Source of the DNA: an uncultured Gammaproteobacteria bacterium
GTDB taxonomy: Bacteria; Patescibacteriota; Patescibacteriia; Patescibacteriales; UBA12075
Assembly (NCBI GenBank): GCA_964539005.1
Contig: CAZIGB010000001.1
Span: 1 to 42,390, forward strand
Direction of reading: 5' to 3'
DNA: 42,390 bases
Shown: positions 25,029-32,823 of the stretch, in pieces
How the letters are laid out: each line of letters starts with the position of its first letter
Numbering within the stretch: the first letter of the stretch is position 1
Translations under genes and position numbers: made by a program
The notes under the pieces: model-generated
Database searches by the model: none
The model's input: only the letters and a program-made list of their open reading frames with translations
Told to the model about the DNA's origin: nothing

Positions 25029-26519
25029 TTAAAAACTGCTTAATCCGCTCCATTCTTGGAAGTGGTAGATCAGGTATTTTAGGATAGAGTCATCTGCATA
25101 GGCAGCATAGTCCAGACTGTAGCTAGCGTCAAGGTTATTCCAGATGCGCTCAAGATAATTCTTGGTATCTTGGACAAAGACACTCGAGCCGGGCGCTATC
25201 ACTTGGACATCGCTTTCGAGATTGTAATCATCGAGATTGCGACGGGTAAAATTTGCCGAGCCTAGTATGATCCGACTTGGTCCATTGTGATGGGCAATGT
25301 AGGCGAGCTTGGTGTGGAATTGTTCGCCGCGCGTATCGTACCAGCGGATCTTGATTCGGGCATCGCTTTTCTTGCGCAATTCACGCGCTACTTGGCGGTT
25401 AGGGATGCCGATCTTTTCATAGCCAAAGGCATCCTTATTCGGATCCATGATGAGGCGGATGTTTACTCCGCGCTGGTCAGCCTTGAGAAGGGCTTGGATC
25501 AGATCGCGATCAGAAAAATAAAATATTGCCAGAAAAATTTCCTCTCCGATCCGCGTTCCTTCGATTGCTTGGAGCAAGGCTTCCTTGATTTTTGATTCGG
25601 TCAATAAACTGACGGAGATATCGTGATCGCCAGGATTATTGGAGTTGAGATTATCAAAGATGGGCGGTGATTGCAGCTTGGCCCCCGAGAGGGCGGCGAC
25701 GGCAGATTCGGCATACCAGAGGCTTTGCCAGAAGTCTCCTCGGATCTCGATGCCGGCATTAGAATGGCCCGAGCTGCCGTCATGCGGGTTGGCAGAGCTA
25801 ATGATACTGACCATTTGTTTCTTGTTGTCGGCCAGGAAGGTCTTGCGATGATTGGCTTTGAAATTGAACAAAGACAGATAGGAGCGGAGCGTGACCGGAT
25901 CGCCATTCGCGCCAAAGGGATTTTTGAGCCAGCCTCTATTACCGGTTCCGAATAGACCAGCGCTCAGGCGCCAGAGGCTTGAATACAGGGGATTGCTATC
26001 CCTTAAAGGGGAAAGATCACTAATGATCACGTTAATACCGGCGTCTCGCAGAGCTTGGATTTCTGGTGAATGATGGCTACCATAAACTGTGTTTATCGGG
26101 TCGCTTATCAAGTCGATCTTGATGCCGGGGCTGTTTGTCTTTTTTTGGACCAGACTCTGGGCGAGCTCTGAGGAGAGGTTTCGGTAAGGGGTGAGGCCGT
26201 CTTTCATGAGGCCATTAAAAAGAAACATGTCTATCAGTATGTAGTGCTCGGCTTGGTCTATGCGCGCAAGGATAGTGTCGAATATTTCTTGTTCTTTTAT
26301 CGTTTGCTCTTCTTGGCGAAAACTGAGGTCAGACAGGAAGCGGATATTTTCACTTTTGGTGATGAAATTCTTACTGGCAAAACTTAGGCCTTCCGGTAAG
26401 GGCTTGAGGGCTTGTCTGGTCCAGACAGAAAGATATAGCAAAACGAAAAAAACCAGAATGAGCAGCCGGTATTTTTTCCTGAGAAATGTCAGCATTTTTT
26501 GAAATCTATTTTTGACCAT
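25029..26519 (-). CDS. Phospholipase D-family protein, two HKD modules, N-terminal TM anchor
   Basis: 496 aa. TM LLILVFFVLLYLSVW. First module HRKTFLAD...SSANPHDGS. Second module HTKLAYIA...GSANFTRRN. Confidence 0.8.
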   Translation of the reverse strand: MVKNRFQKMLTFLRKKYRLLILVFFVLLYLSVWTRQALKPLPEGLSFASKNFITKSENIRFLSDLSFRQEEQTIKEQEIFDTILARIDQAEHYILIDMFLFNGLMKDGLTPYRNLSSELAQSLVQKKTNSPGIKIDLISDPINTVYGSHHSPEIQALRDAGINVIISDLSPLRDSNPLYSSLWRLSAGLFGTGNRGWLKNPFGANGDPVTLRSYLSLFNFKANHRKTFLADNKKQMVSIISSANPHDGSSGHSNAGIEIRGDFWQSLWYAESAVAALSGAKLQSPPIFDNLNSNNPGDHDISVSLLTESKIKEALLQAIEGTRIGEEIFLAIFYFSDRDLIQALLKADQRGVNIRLIMDPNKDAFGYEKIGIPNRQVARELRKKSDARIKIRWYDTRGEQFHTKLAYIAHHNGPSRIILGSANFTRRNLDDYNLESDVQVIAPGSSVFVQDTKNYLERIWNNLDASYSLDYAAYADDSILKYLIYHFQEWSGLSSF

Positions 26520-27766
26520 CAGCTGACCGTGAAGTTTATCTTTTCGGGAAAAGTTTCCTCCATGAATGAATAGTCATTGCCAACCACCAGTGTAAGAAGA
26601 AAGGTGGCGATACCAGCCAGGAGAAGAATAGCGACCAATGCGATTTTTGGCGGAAAAACGGATAATGCGAGCAGGAGAGTGATGACAGTCGTAATGCGGC
26701 CAAGATGCATGTATAGTTCCCGATTCATGATGGCATCAGCGACATTCTTATGTGAACTTTTGTAAAAGCTAGTGTCGATAGCGACATGGAGAAGTCCGCC
26801 AAAAAGACCGCCCATTGACTGGAAGGTAGCCATAGAAAGAACAGTATCAGAGAGGGCGCGCATGATGATGGATAAGCTGTGACCAGCTGCTCCGATCCGG
26901 ATGATGCGACTAGTGCCATTCTTATCAGCGTCTTTGCCGCCCAAAAAGACAATTATGCCATTCAGGAGATTGGATAAGAGATAGAAGAAGCCCATCATGA
27001 CGAGATTGATAGAAGCGAGAAAAAGAAGGACTGGCCAGATGAAAGAAGTGGCGCAATAGCCGAGTCCTTGGAGAAAAAAGACGGAATTTTTCTTGAAATT
27101 TTTCGTGTCAACAATTCTTTTCGGAGATAGTCTGGTTTTGATTTTTATGTCCTCGGAAAAGGTAAGAGAAAGCGAGGCAGAAAGAAGGAAAACAATGCTC
27201 ATGAGAAAAACGCCGCGGAAAGAGTAGTGAGAAATCAGGACACTGCCGAGAAAGGGACCAGCAATGCTTATAACCATCGGCACGCTCTGGAGAACTCCGA
27301 GCTTGCGTCCCATCTCGAGACTTTTGGTGCTTTCCAGAAAATAGATATGATGGGCGCTCCAATACATCGAGAGCGGCAGGGCATTGAGAAGGATGATTAG
27401 AGTTATAAAGAGAGGCGAACCAAGATTGGCGTAGAGAGGAATCCCGAAGTAAAGGACAATACAAGCGATGATGTTGGTCAGATATGAGCCAATCATTATT
27501 TTTTTTACTCCGACCCGGCCAGAAATGGAGACGATAAAGTAGTGGAGAAAAATACTGAGGATGAAGCCACCAAGCTCGCAAATAGCCACCTCAAAGAGAC
27601 CCATCTTTACTTTGTCGAGGAGGTAGATCGGGATGAAAATTGAGATGATGGAGAGCGCGAGCAAACGAAAAGTGTCAGCGATCACAAGGTCGTTGAATTT
27701 ATCATGGAGGGCGCTGCGCAGATTATGGTATTTGATGAGATGGATATGAGCTGAGTGACGATTCAT
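26519..27766 (-). CDS. MFS-like polytopic membrane transporter
   Basis: 415 aa with about 11-12 hydrophobic segments. Its stop overlaps the PLD start (TGATG). Confidence 0.6.
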   Translation of the reverse strand: MNRHSAHIHLIKYHNLRSALHDKFNDLVIADTFRLLALSIISIFIPIYLLDKVKMGLFEVAICELGGFILSIFLHYFIVSISGRVGVKKIMIGSYLTNIIACIVLYFGIPLYANLGSPLFITLIILLNALPLSMYWSAHHIYFLESTKSLEMGRKLGVLQSVPMVISIAGPFLGSVLISHYSFRGVFLMSIVFLLSASLSLTFSEDIKIKTRLSPKRIVDTKNFKKNSVFFLQGLGYCATSFIWPVLLFLASINLVMMGFFYLLSNLLNGIIVFLGGKDADKNGTSRIIRIGAAGHSLSIIMRALSDTVLSMATFQSMGGLFGGLLHVAIDTSFYKSSHKNVADAIMNRELYMHLGRITTVITLLLALSVFPPKIALVAILLLAGIATFLLTLVVGNDYSFMEETFPEKINFTVS

Positions 27767-27769
27767 TAT

Positions 27770-27887
27770 GTTGAATTTGAAATTTACAATTTGAAATTTA
27801 CAATTTTCAAAACCATTTTACTTATTTATGCCAAGAAACATGTTAAGACAATTTTCAAATTGTAAATTGAAAATTTCAAATTGAATT
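27770..27887. repeat. AT-rich tandem plus inverted repeat cluster (ATTT[G/C]AAAT modules)
   Basis: Perfect tandem 14-mers atttgaaatttaca at 27775-27788 and 27789-27802. Imperfect inverted copy at 27864-27886 (about 23 nt, 3 mismatches) and a 16-nt exact inverted match 27781-27796 / 27853-27868. Lies between the pyrH stop and the MFS start. Confidence 0.7.
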
Positions 27888-28590
27888 AAATGATGGTTGT
27901 CCCTTTATATTTCTCTCCAGCAAAAACTTTTTTCAGATTCGCGATGTTTTGACCGTCGCAGATAATGACGCGGAGACCGAGCTTTTCGGCGTGTTTAGAA
28001 GCGATCGGATCAAAGGGGGCGGATAAGCCCGGGTCCCATTTGTTGCCGACGAGCTTGCGGAAGCGTTTCCAGTCGCAGCTAACTAATTTCTCAGCATCGG
28101 CGTATTTTTTCGGGTCCTTGGTGTAGGCGTAATCGATATTAGAGAGATTGATCACGGTCTTGGCGCCGAGACGCTCAGCGAGAATAGTGGCGACAAAATC
28201 AGTGGACCAGCCTGGTCGCCAGCCAGCGGCGACCATGATTTTTTCACCTTTGGAAAAGTGGGAACGAATGTCAGCCTTGGTGCGTGGATTCTTATTGATC
28301 CGGGGGTGGGCGTATTTGCGGAAAATAGTTTTGATAAGATGAGCATTCAGACGAGTGGCGTGGATACCGAGCCAATCCTGATCGTCTTTGGTGAGTGTGT
28401 CCACTTTGTCAGCCGCTTGTTGATAGGCGCGAGCAGTGGAGCCGCCACCGGTGATGATGACGAACCTCTTGCCAACTTTGATCTCGTCCAAGATGACAGC
28501 TCGGAATTTTTTCAAAAATTTCCAATCAATTCCTTCTTTTGGCACAATGAGCGATCCGCCGAGTGAGATGATGATAGTTTCTTCTTTCAT
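27886..28590 (-). CDS. pyrH: UMP kinase, archaeal-type (amino-acid kinase fold)
   Basis: 234 aa. IIISLGGSLIVP..., VIITGGGSTAR, and the GWRPGWSTD block parallel archaeal PyrH rather than the bacterial hexameric type. Confidence 0.75.
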   Translation of the reverse strand: MKEETIIISLGGSLIVPKEGIDWKFLKKFRAVILDEIKVGKRFVIITGGGSTARAYQQAADKVDTLTKDDQDWLGIHATRLNAHLIKTIFRKYAHPRINKNPRTKADIRSHFSKGEKIMVAAGWRPGWSTDFVATILAERLGAKTVINLSNIDYAYTKDPKKYADAEKLVSCDWKRFRKLVGNKWDPGLSAPFDPIASKHAEKLGLRVIICDGQNIANLKKVFAGEKYKGTTII

Positions 28591-28631
28591 AGATGAGCAA
28601 GCTTAAAGAGACCGTCCCGGTCATGATGCTT

Positions 28632-28640
28632 ATTGTAACA
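28632..28640 (-). promoter_or_regulatory. Extended -10 element upstream of pyrH
   Basis: Minus strand TGTTACAAT about 45 nt upstream of the ATG at 28590. Confidence 0.4.
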
Positions 28641-28651
28641 TTTTTTGCGGA

Positions 28652-28677
28652 TAAAAAAAACCGCCTATTGCGAGGCG
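28652..28677 (-). terminator. Short hairpin plus T8 after tRNA-Leu(TAG)
   Basis: Minus strand cgcct-cgcaat-aggcg followed by gTTTTTTTT. Confidence 0.5.
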
Positions 28678-28689
28678 ATTTCTGCTTTG

Positions 28690-28771
28690 TGCGGACGGTG
28701 GGACTCGAACCCACACAACTTGCGTTACTAGCTCCTAAGGCTAGCGTGTCTACCAATTTCACCACGTCCGC
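28690..28771 (-). tRNA. tRNA-Leu (TAG), long variable arm
   Basis: Reverse complement GCGGACGTGGTGAAATTGGTAGACAC... with anticodon stem CTAGC/GCTAG, loop CTTAGGA, T arm GTGGG-TTCGAGT-CCCAC. Confidence 0.9.
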
Positions 28772-28841
28772 TTGATACTTATTTATTTTTAGATTATTTA
28801 GGCGCTTGTGTCAAATAGATTTTTAAAAATCTCTGCAGGGC

Positions 28842-28870
28842 TTGCATTTTTAATAATTTTATTGTAGGAT
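28842..28870 (+). promoter_or_regulatory. Candidate infC operon promoter
   Basis: TTGCAT (28842-28847), 17 nt spacer, TAGGAT (28865-28870) with an adjacent TG. A 7-bp hairpin attactg/cagtaat follows at 28887-28906. Confidence 0.4.
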
Positions 28871-28961
28871 TACTCTAAATAGAGCGATTACTGCCGTGCC
28901 AGTAATTATTTTAATATAAAAGGATTAGCTTGTTTAAATATTGTCTTAGATAAAATAAAAA

Positions 28962-29519
28962 ATGCGTAGAACGTGGAGAAAGGCAAAGCCAAAACCTCAG
29001 AAAAGATTCTGGATGAATGAAAAGATCCGGGCGACCGATGTTTTTGTTATTGATGAAGAAGGGGAACAGAAAGGGGTTATGAGCTTAGCTGAGGCCTTGA
29101 AAATGGCCAGGGAGTCTGATCTTGATCTGGTCGAAGTAAATCCGACTGCTGAGCCGCCAGTCTGCAAAATCATGGATTTTGGCCAATTTAAGTACGAACA
29201 GGAAAAGAAAGCGCATAAGCAGAAAGTCCAGCAAAAAAAGATCGATACCAAAGGTGTTCGCCTGTCTGTCCGTATCTCTGACCATGACCTCGGTATGCGC
29301 CTCGATCAGGCTGATAAATTTCTCAAAAAGGGTCATAAACTAAAGATTGACCTTATTCTTAAAGGCCGAGAAAGAGCGCATCCGGAGCTGGCTGTCGAGA
29401 CTATCAAGGATTTTGCGGCTAAGCTTGAAGCTAAGGAAGATTTAAATATTATCAAAGAACAAGACTTGACAAGACAAGGTGGAAGGTTTATAATGATTCT
29501 GGTAAATAAGAAGGATTGA
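28962..29519 (+). CDS. infC: Translation initiation factor IF-3
   Basis: 185 aa. Basic N-terminus then NEKIRATDVFVIDEEGEQKGVMSLAEALKMARESDLDLVEV. An in-frame TAA lies just upstream, so the start is ATG 28962 or possibly ATG 29013. It is not the AUU start seen in many bacteria. Confidence 0.9.
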   Translation: MRRTWRKAKPKPQKRFWMNEKIRATDVFVIDEEGEQKGVMSLAEALKMARESDLDLVEVNPTAEPPVCKIMDFGQFKYEQEKKAHKQKVQQKKIDTKGVRLSVRISDHDLGMRLDQADKFLKKGHKLKIDLILKGRERAHPELAVETIKDFAAKLEAKEDLNIIKEQDLTRQGGRFIMILVNKKD

Positions 29520-29534
29520 TTCTATTATAAACCG

Positions 29535-29555
29535 CAGGATGAGTCCTGTTTTTTT
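29535..29555 (+). terminator. Intra-operon terminator/attenuator between infC and rpmI
   Basis: cagga-tgag-tcctg followed by T7, ending 6 nt before the rpmI ATG. Confidence 0.5.
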
Positions 29556-29561
29556 AATTGT

Positions 29562-29759
29562 ATGCCAAAGATAAAGACCCATAAAGCGACTGCCAAAAGA
29601 TTTGTCCTCACTAAAGGTGGCAAGGTCAAGCAGCGCAAGGCCGGACAGGATCATTATAATGCCCGTGAAACCGGCAATACCAAGCGCCAAAAGCGCCGTG
29701 ATATCGATACTAGCAAGACCCTGACAACGACTATCAGGAGTCTTATGCCATATAACTAA
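29562..29759 (+). CDS. rpmI: 50S ribosomal protein L35
   Basis: 65 aa, MPKIKTHKATAKRF... Confidence 0.93.
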   Translation: MPKIKTHKATAKRFVLTKGGKVKQRKAGQDHYNARETGNTKRQKRRDIDTSKTLTTTIRSLMPYN

Positions 29760-29823
29760 GAAAGAACGGGATTACAGAGATTCATAAGCTCACGAAAGCC
29801 GAATCGTCCCTCTATATATCATT

Positions 29824-30171
29824 ATGCCAAGAGTCAAAAGAGGCACCATGCACACCAAATACCGACGAAATCTCCTAAAAGAGACTAAGGGGTATATGTG
29901 GGGCCGTAAAAGCAAGATCAAACAAGCCACTGAGGCGGTTATCCATGCTGGCGCTCATGCCTTTATGGATCGGAGGAAGAAAAAGCGAACCAATCGCGGT
30001 CTTTGGCAGATTCGCATCAGCGCTTTTGTCAGACAGCATGGTCTTTCTTATTCCCGTTTTATCGATGCCCTGAAGAAAGAAAACATCGCGCTTGATCGCA
30101 AAGTTTTAGCCGATCTCTCGGCTAATAACAGCGAGATCATGCTTGGCGTTGTTTCGGCAGTCAAAAAATAA
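29824..30171 (+). CDS. rplT: 50S ribosomal protein L20
   Basis: 115 aa, MPRVKRGTMHTKYRRNLLKETKGY... Confidence 0.93.
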   Translation: MPRVKRGTMHTKYRRNLLKETKGYMWGRKSKIKQATEAVIHAGAHAFMDRRKKKRTNRGLWQIRISAFVRQHGLSYSRFIDALKKENIALDRKVLADLSANNSEIMLGVVSAVKK

Positions 30172-30173
30172 GA

Positions 30174-30395
30174 ATGAAAATACTCAGTATAATCCAATTA
30201 GCTAGCGCAGTACTTCTCATTACTCTTATTCTCATGCAGAATCGGGGTGGCGGGATATCAGGCATCTTTGGCGGTACTGGCAGCAATGTCTATATGACGA
30301 AGCGGGGTCTGGAGAAGAAAATCTTCATCGCGACCATTGTCTTGTCTGTCATTTTCTTTGGTGTTTCTCTTCTCAATGTTGTTCTGGCTGCCTGA
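30174..30395 (+). CDS. secG: Preprotein translocase subunit SecG
   Basis: 73 aa, two TM segments, LILMQNRGGGISGIFGG motif. Confidence 0.8.
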   Translation: MKILSIIQLASAVLLITLILMQNRGGGISGIFGGTGSNVYMTKRGLEKKIFIATIVLSVIFFGVSLLNVVLAA

Positions 30396-30433
30396 TTTAG
30401 CCAGATTCTTAAGCGTAATTAGCAGAATCCTTT

Positions 30434-32413
30434 GTGGATCTCAAAAAACCTCTCTCAACCCGTATAAGGTCTTTTTTTATGGCGCTTCCAAAGGGGGCTA
30501 AGTCTTATTTTTTATCTTTTTTTTCTTATTTTAAGAAAGGTTCGAGAAAAAATAGCTTAGATAGCCAGGCTACCAGGCAAAAAGAGCTTGACAAAAAGCT
30601 AGTCTATTCGCTCAAGCGTTCCCGTTTTCCTACCTGGCGCCAGCTCAAATATCTCAGTCGTTATCTTTCCCGGCCGGAGAAGCGTTTATTCGACATATCG
30701 GTTTTTCTCTTGATTGTCAGTACTCTGTTTCTAGGGGGCAGATTTTATCTGGGGCATCTCGAGACTATGCCGGTGGCTGGTGGCCTTTATCATGAGGCCC
30801 TGCTCGGTGCGCCGACTTCTGTCAATCCGCTTTACTCGATTACCAATGATGTTGACTCGGATCTTTCCGGACTCGTCTATTCTTCCCTTTTTAAGCGGGC
30901 GAAGAATGGTGCGCTCGATAAGGATCTGGTGGCGGAGTTCTTTGTTACTAGTGATAACAAGAGCTATGAATTTACGATCAGGAATGATGTTCGATGGCAT
31001 GACGGCACGCCATTGACTGCTGCTGATATCGCTTTTACTTTTGGCGCGATAAACGACCCGGCCTATAAATCTCCGCTCAAGCAAAGCTTTAGCGGTGTCC
31101 AAGTCGAGGTGATTGATGATCATAATTTTCGATTCGTTCTTGCTTCGCCTTATGCGGCTTTTCTCGATTTGCTCACTTTCGGGGTCATGCCGGCCCATCT
31201 TTGGTCCGGTATCCAGCCCGCATCAGCGCAGCTAGCTACTCTCAATCTGAAACCGGTCGGCAGCGGTCCCTTCAAGTCTGACGCCTGGAGTAAGGACGCT
31301 TCGGGTAATGTAAAAGAATACAAGCTCAAGGCCAATGAAGATTATTATGCTGAGAAGGCCAAGATCGATCTATCTTTCCGCTTTTATCCGAATTTTGAAG
31401 AAGCGGTCAATGCTCTGAATAATGGTGATGTGGAAGGTATCAGCTATCTGCCGGCTGAGTATCGGGAGTTTCTCACTACACCGAAATCATTACAGTTTCA
31501 CAAATTGCTTTTTCCTCAGATTACTCTGATATTTTTCAATCAGAAGAAAAATCCCGTTTTAGCGGACAAGTCAGTTCGTCAAGCCTTGGCTTATAGCCTT
31601 GATCGACAAGCGATTATTGATGGAGTTTTGGGCGGGGATGCCAATACGGTTGATAGTCCGATCCTGGCCAATAGCTTTGCTTATGATCAGAATATCAGGA
31701 AGTATGTCTTTGACCAGTCTCAGGCAAGAGAGATTCTAGACAAGAGCGGATGGAAAGAGTTGGAAATTACAGCTGAGGCTTTGGCAGCGGCAGAAACGAA
31801 TCTGCAATCAGATGATGAAAAGAAAAAGACAAGCGCGGCAGCCTTGGTCGCTCAGGGCGTGGGGAAATGGCGCCAAAAAGATGGCCAGTATCTAAAGATA
31901 GTTCTTTCCACGGTCGAGCGCCAAGAAAACACGGCTGTTATCGAAAAGATCAAGGAGTATTGGGAGCAGATCGGTGTCAAAACGGAGATCCAAGTATTAG
32001 AGGCGAGCCAGGTTCAGAGCGAATTGCTGAGAAATAGGAATTTCGAAGCTCTTTTCTATGCCCAGGTGCTCGGAGCTGATCCTGATCCTTATGCTTTCTG
32101 GCATTCTTCCCAAGCTGAGCAGGGTTACAATATCGCATCTTTTTCTAATAAGGAAGTCGACAAGCTGCTCGAAGAGGCGCGCCTCAATGTAGAGCCAGCG
32201 GTGAGACAAGAAAAGTATAAGCGTTTTCAGGAGATCGTAGCCGAGGAAGAGCCGGTCATATTCATGTATTCTCCCCATTACACCTATGTCCAGAAAAACG
32301 ATATCAAAGGTTTTGCCGTGGAGAATATCCTGGTTCCTAAGGATCGCTTCTCGAATATAACTGATTGGTATCTGAAAACAGGACGCAAGCTCCGTTTCAA
32401 GCAGGATCAGTAG
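30434..32413 (+). CDS. Family-5 (peptide/nickel type) ABC substrate-binding protein, N-terminal TM anchor
   Basis: 659 aa. About 85-aa basic N-terminal region, TM ISVFLLIVSTLFLGG, then an SBP_bac_5-like body. GTG start at 30434; ATG 30479 is an alternative. Confidence 0.75.
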   Translation: MDLKKPLSTRIRSFFMALPKGAKSYFLSFFSYFKKGSRKNSLDSQATRQKELDKKLVYSLKRSRFPTWRQLKYLSRYLSRPEKRLFDISVFLLIVSTLFLGGRFYLGHLETMPVAGGLYHEALLGAPTSVNPLYSITNDVDSDLSGLVYSSLFKRAKNGALDKDLVAEFFVTSDNKSYEFTIRNDVRWHDGTPLTAADIAFTFGAINDPAYKSPLKQSFSGVQVEVIDDHNFRFVLASPYAAFLDLLTFGVMPAHLWSGIQPASAQLATLNLKPVGSGPFKSDAWSKDASGNVKEYKLKANEDYYAEKAKIDLSFRFYPNFEEAVNALNNGDVEGISYLPAEYREFLTTPKSLQFHKLLFPQITLIFFNQKKNPVLADKSVRQALAYSLDRQAIIDGVLGGDANTVDSPILANSFAYDQNIRKYVFDQSQAREILDKSGWKELEITAEALAAAETNLQSDDEKKKTSAAALVAQGVGKWRQKDGQYLKIVLSTVERQENTAVIEKIKEYWEQIGVKTEIQVLEASQVQSELLRNRNFEALFYAQVLGADPDPYAFWHSSQAEQGYNIASFSNKEVDKLLEEARLNVEPAVRQEKYKRFQEIVAEEEPVIFMYSPHYTYVQKNDIKGFAVENILVPKDRFSNITDWYLKTGRKLRFKQDQ

Positions 32414-32458
32414 TGCTTGAAAATTTAGATAGAAAGTATTATCATCAGATAATAAAAG

Positions 32459-32542
32459 GCCGAGGTGGCGAAATTGGTAGACGCGCATGGTTCAGGTCCA
32501 TGTGATAGCAATATCATGGAGGTTCGAGTCCTCTCTTCGGCA
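32459..32542 (+). tRNA. tRNA-Leu (CAG), long variable arm
   Basis: GCCGAGGTGGCGAAATTGGTAGACGC... with anticodon stem CATGG/CCATG, loop TTCAGGT, T arm GGAGG-TTCGAGT-CCTCT. Confidence 0.9.
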
Positions 32543-32649
32543 CAGCATAAACACGTGAGACCGCTCAAGCTCAGAGGCTGGCGGCATCTCGCTGACAAGG
32601 AGAAACTTTTTATAAAGAAGTATCTGTTTTTTGGATGCTTATTCTCTTC

Positions 32650-32672
32650 GCTCCGTTTTTCGGAGCTTTCTT
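32650..32672 (+). terminator. Intrinsic terminator about 108 nt downstream of tRNA-Leu
   Basis: gctccg-ttttt-cggagc followed by tttctt. Confidence 0.6.
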
Positions 32673-32823
32673 ACCAGATGGTTTTTGACTATCGTCAATC
32701 GGGCTGTCTGGTCTCTAAATAATCAAATTGCCGTTTCCGACAAATTCTTTTTTATGCGGGAGCTATCGGAGCGGACAAAGTCTCGGCTAGTGAAAAATAG
32801 CTGAGGATATTATCATAAATTTT

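Noticed and set aside
27775-27802. CRISPR-like array
   Set aside because: There are only two 14-nt units, directly abutting with no spacers, in AT-rich promoter DNA. No cas genes are present.
32465-32722. 85-aa ORF starting inside tRNA-Leu(CAG)
   Set aside because: It begins within the tRNA body and runs through the terminator hairpin, so the region is better explained as tRNA plus trailer.
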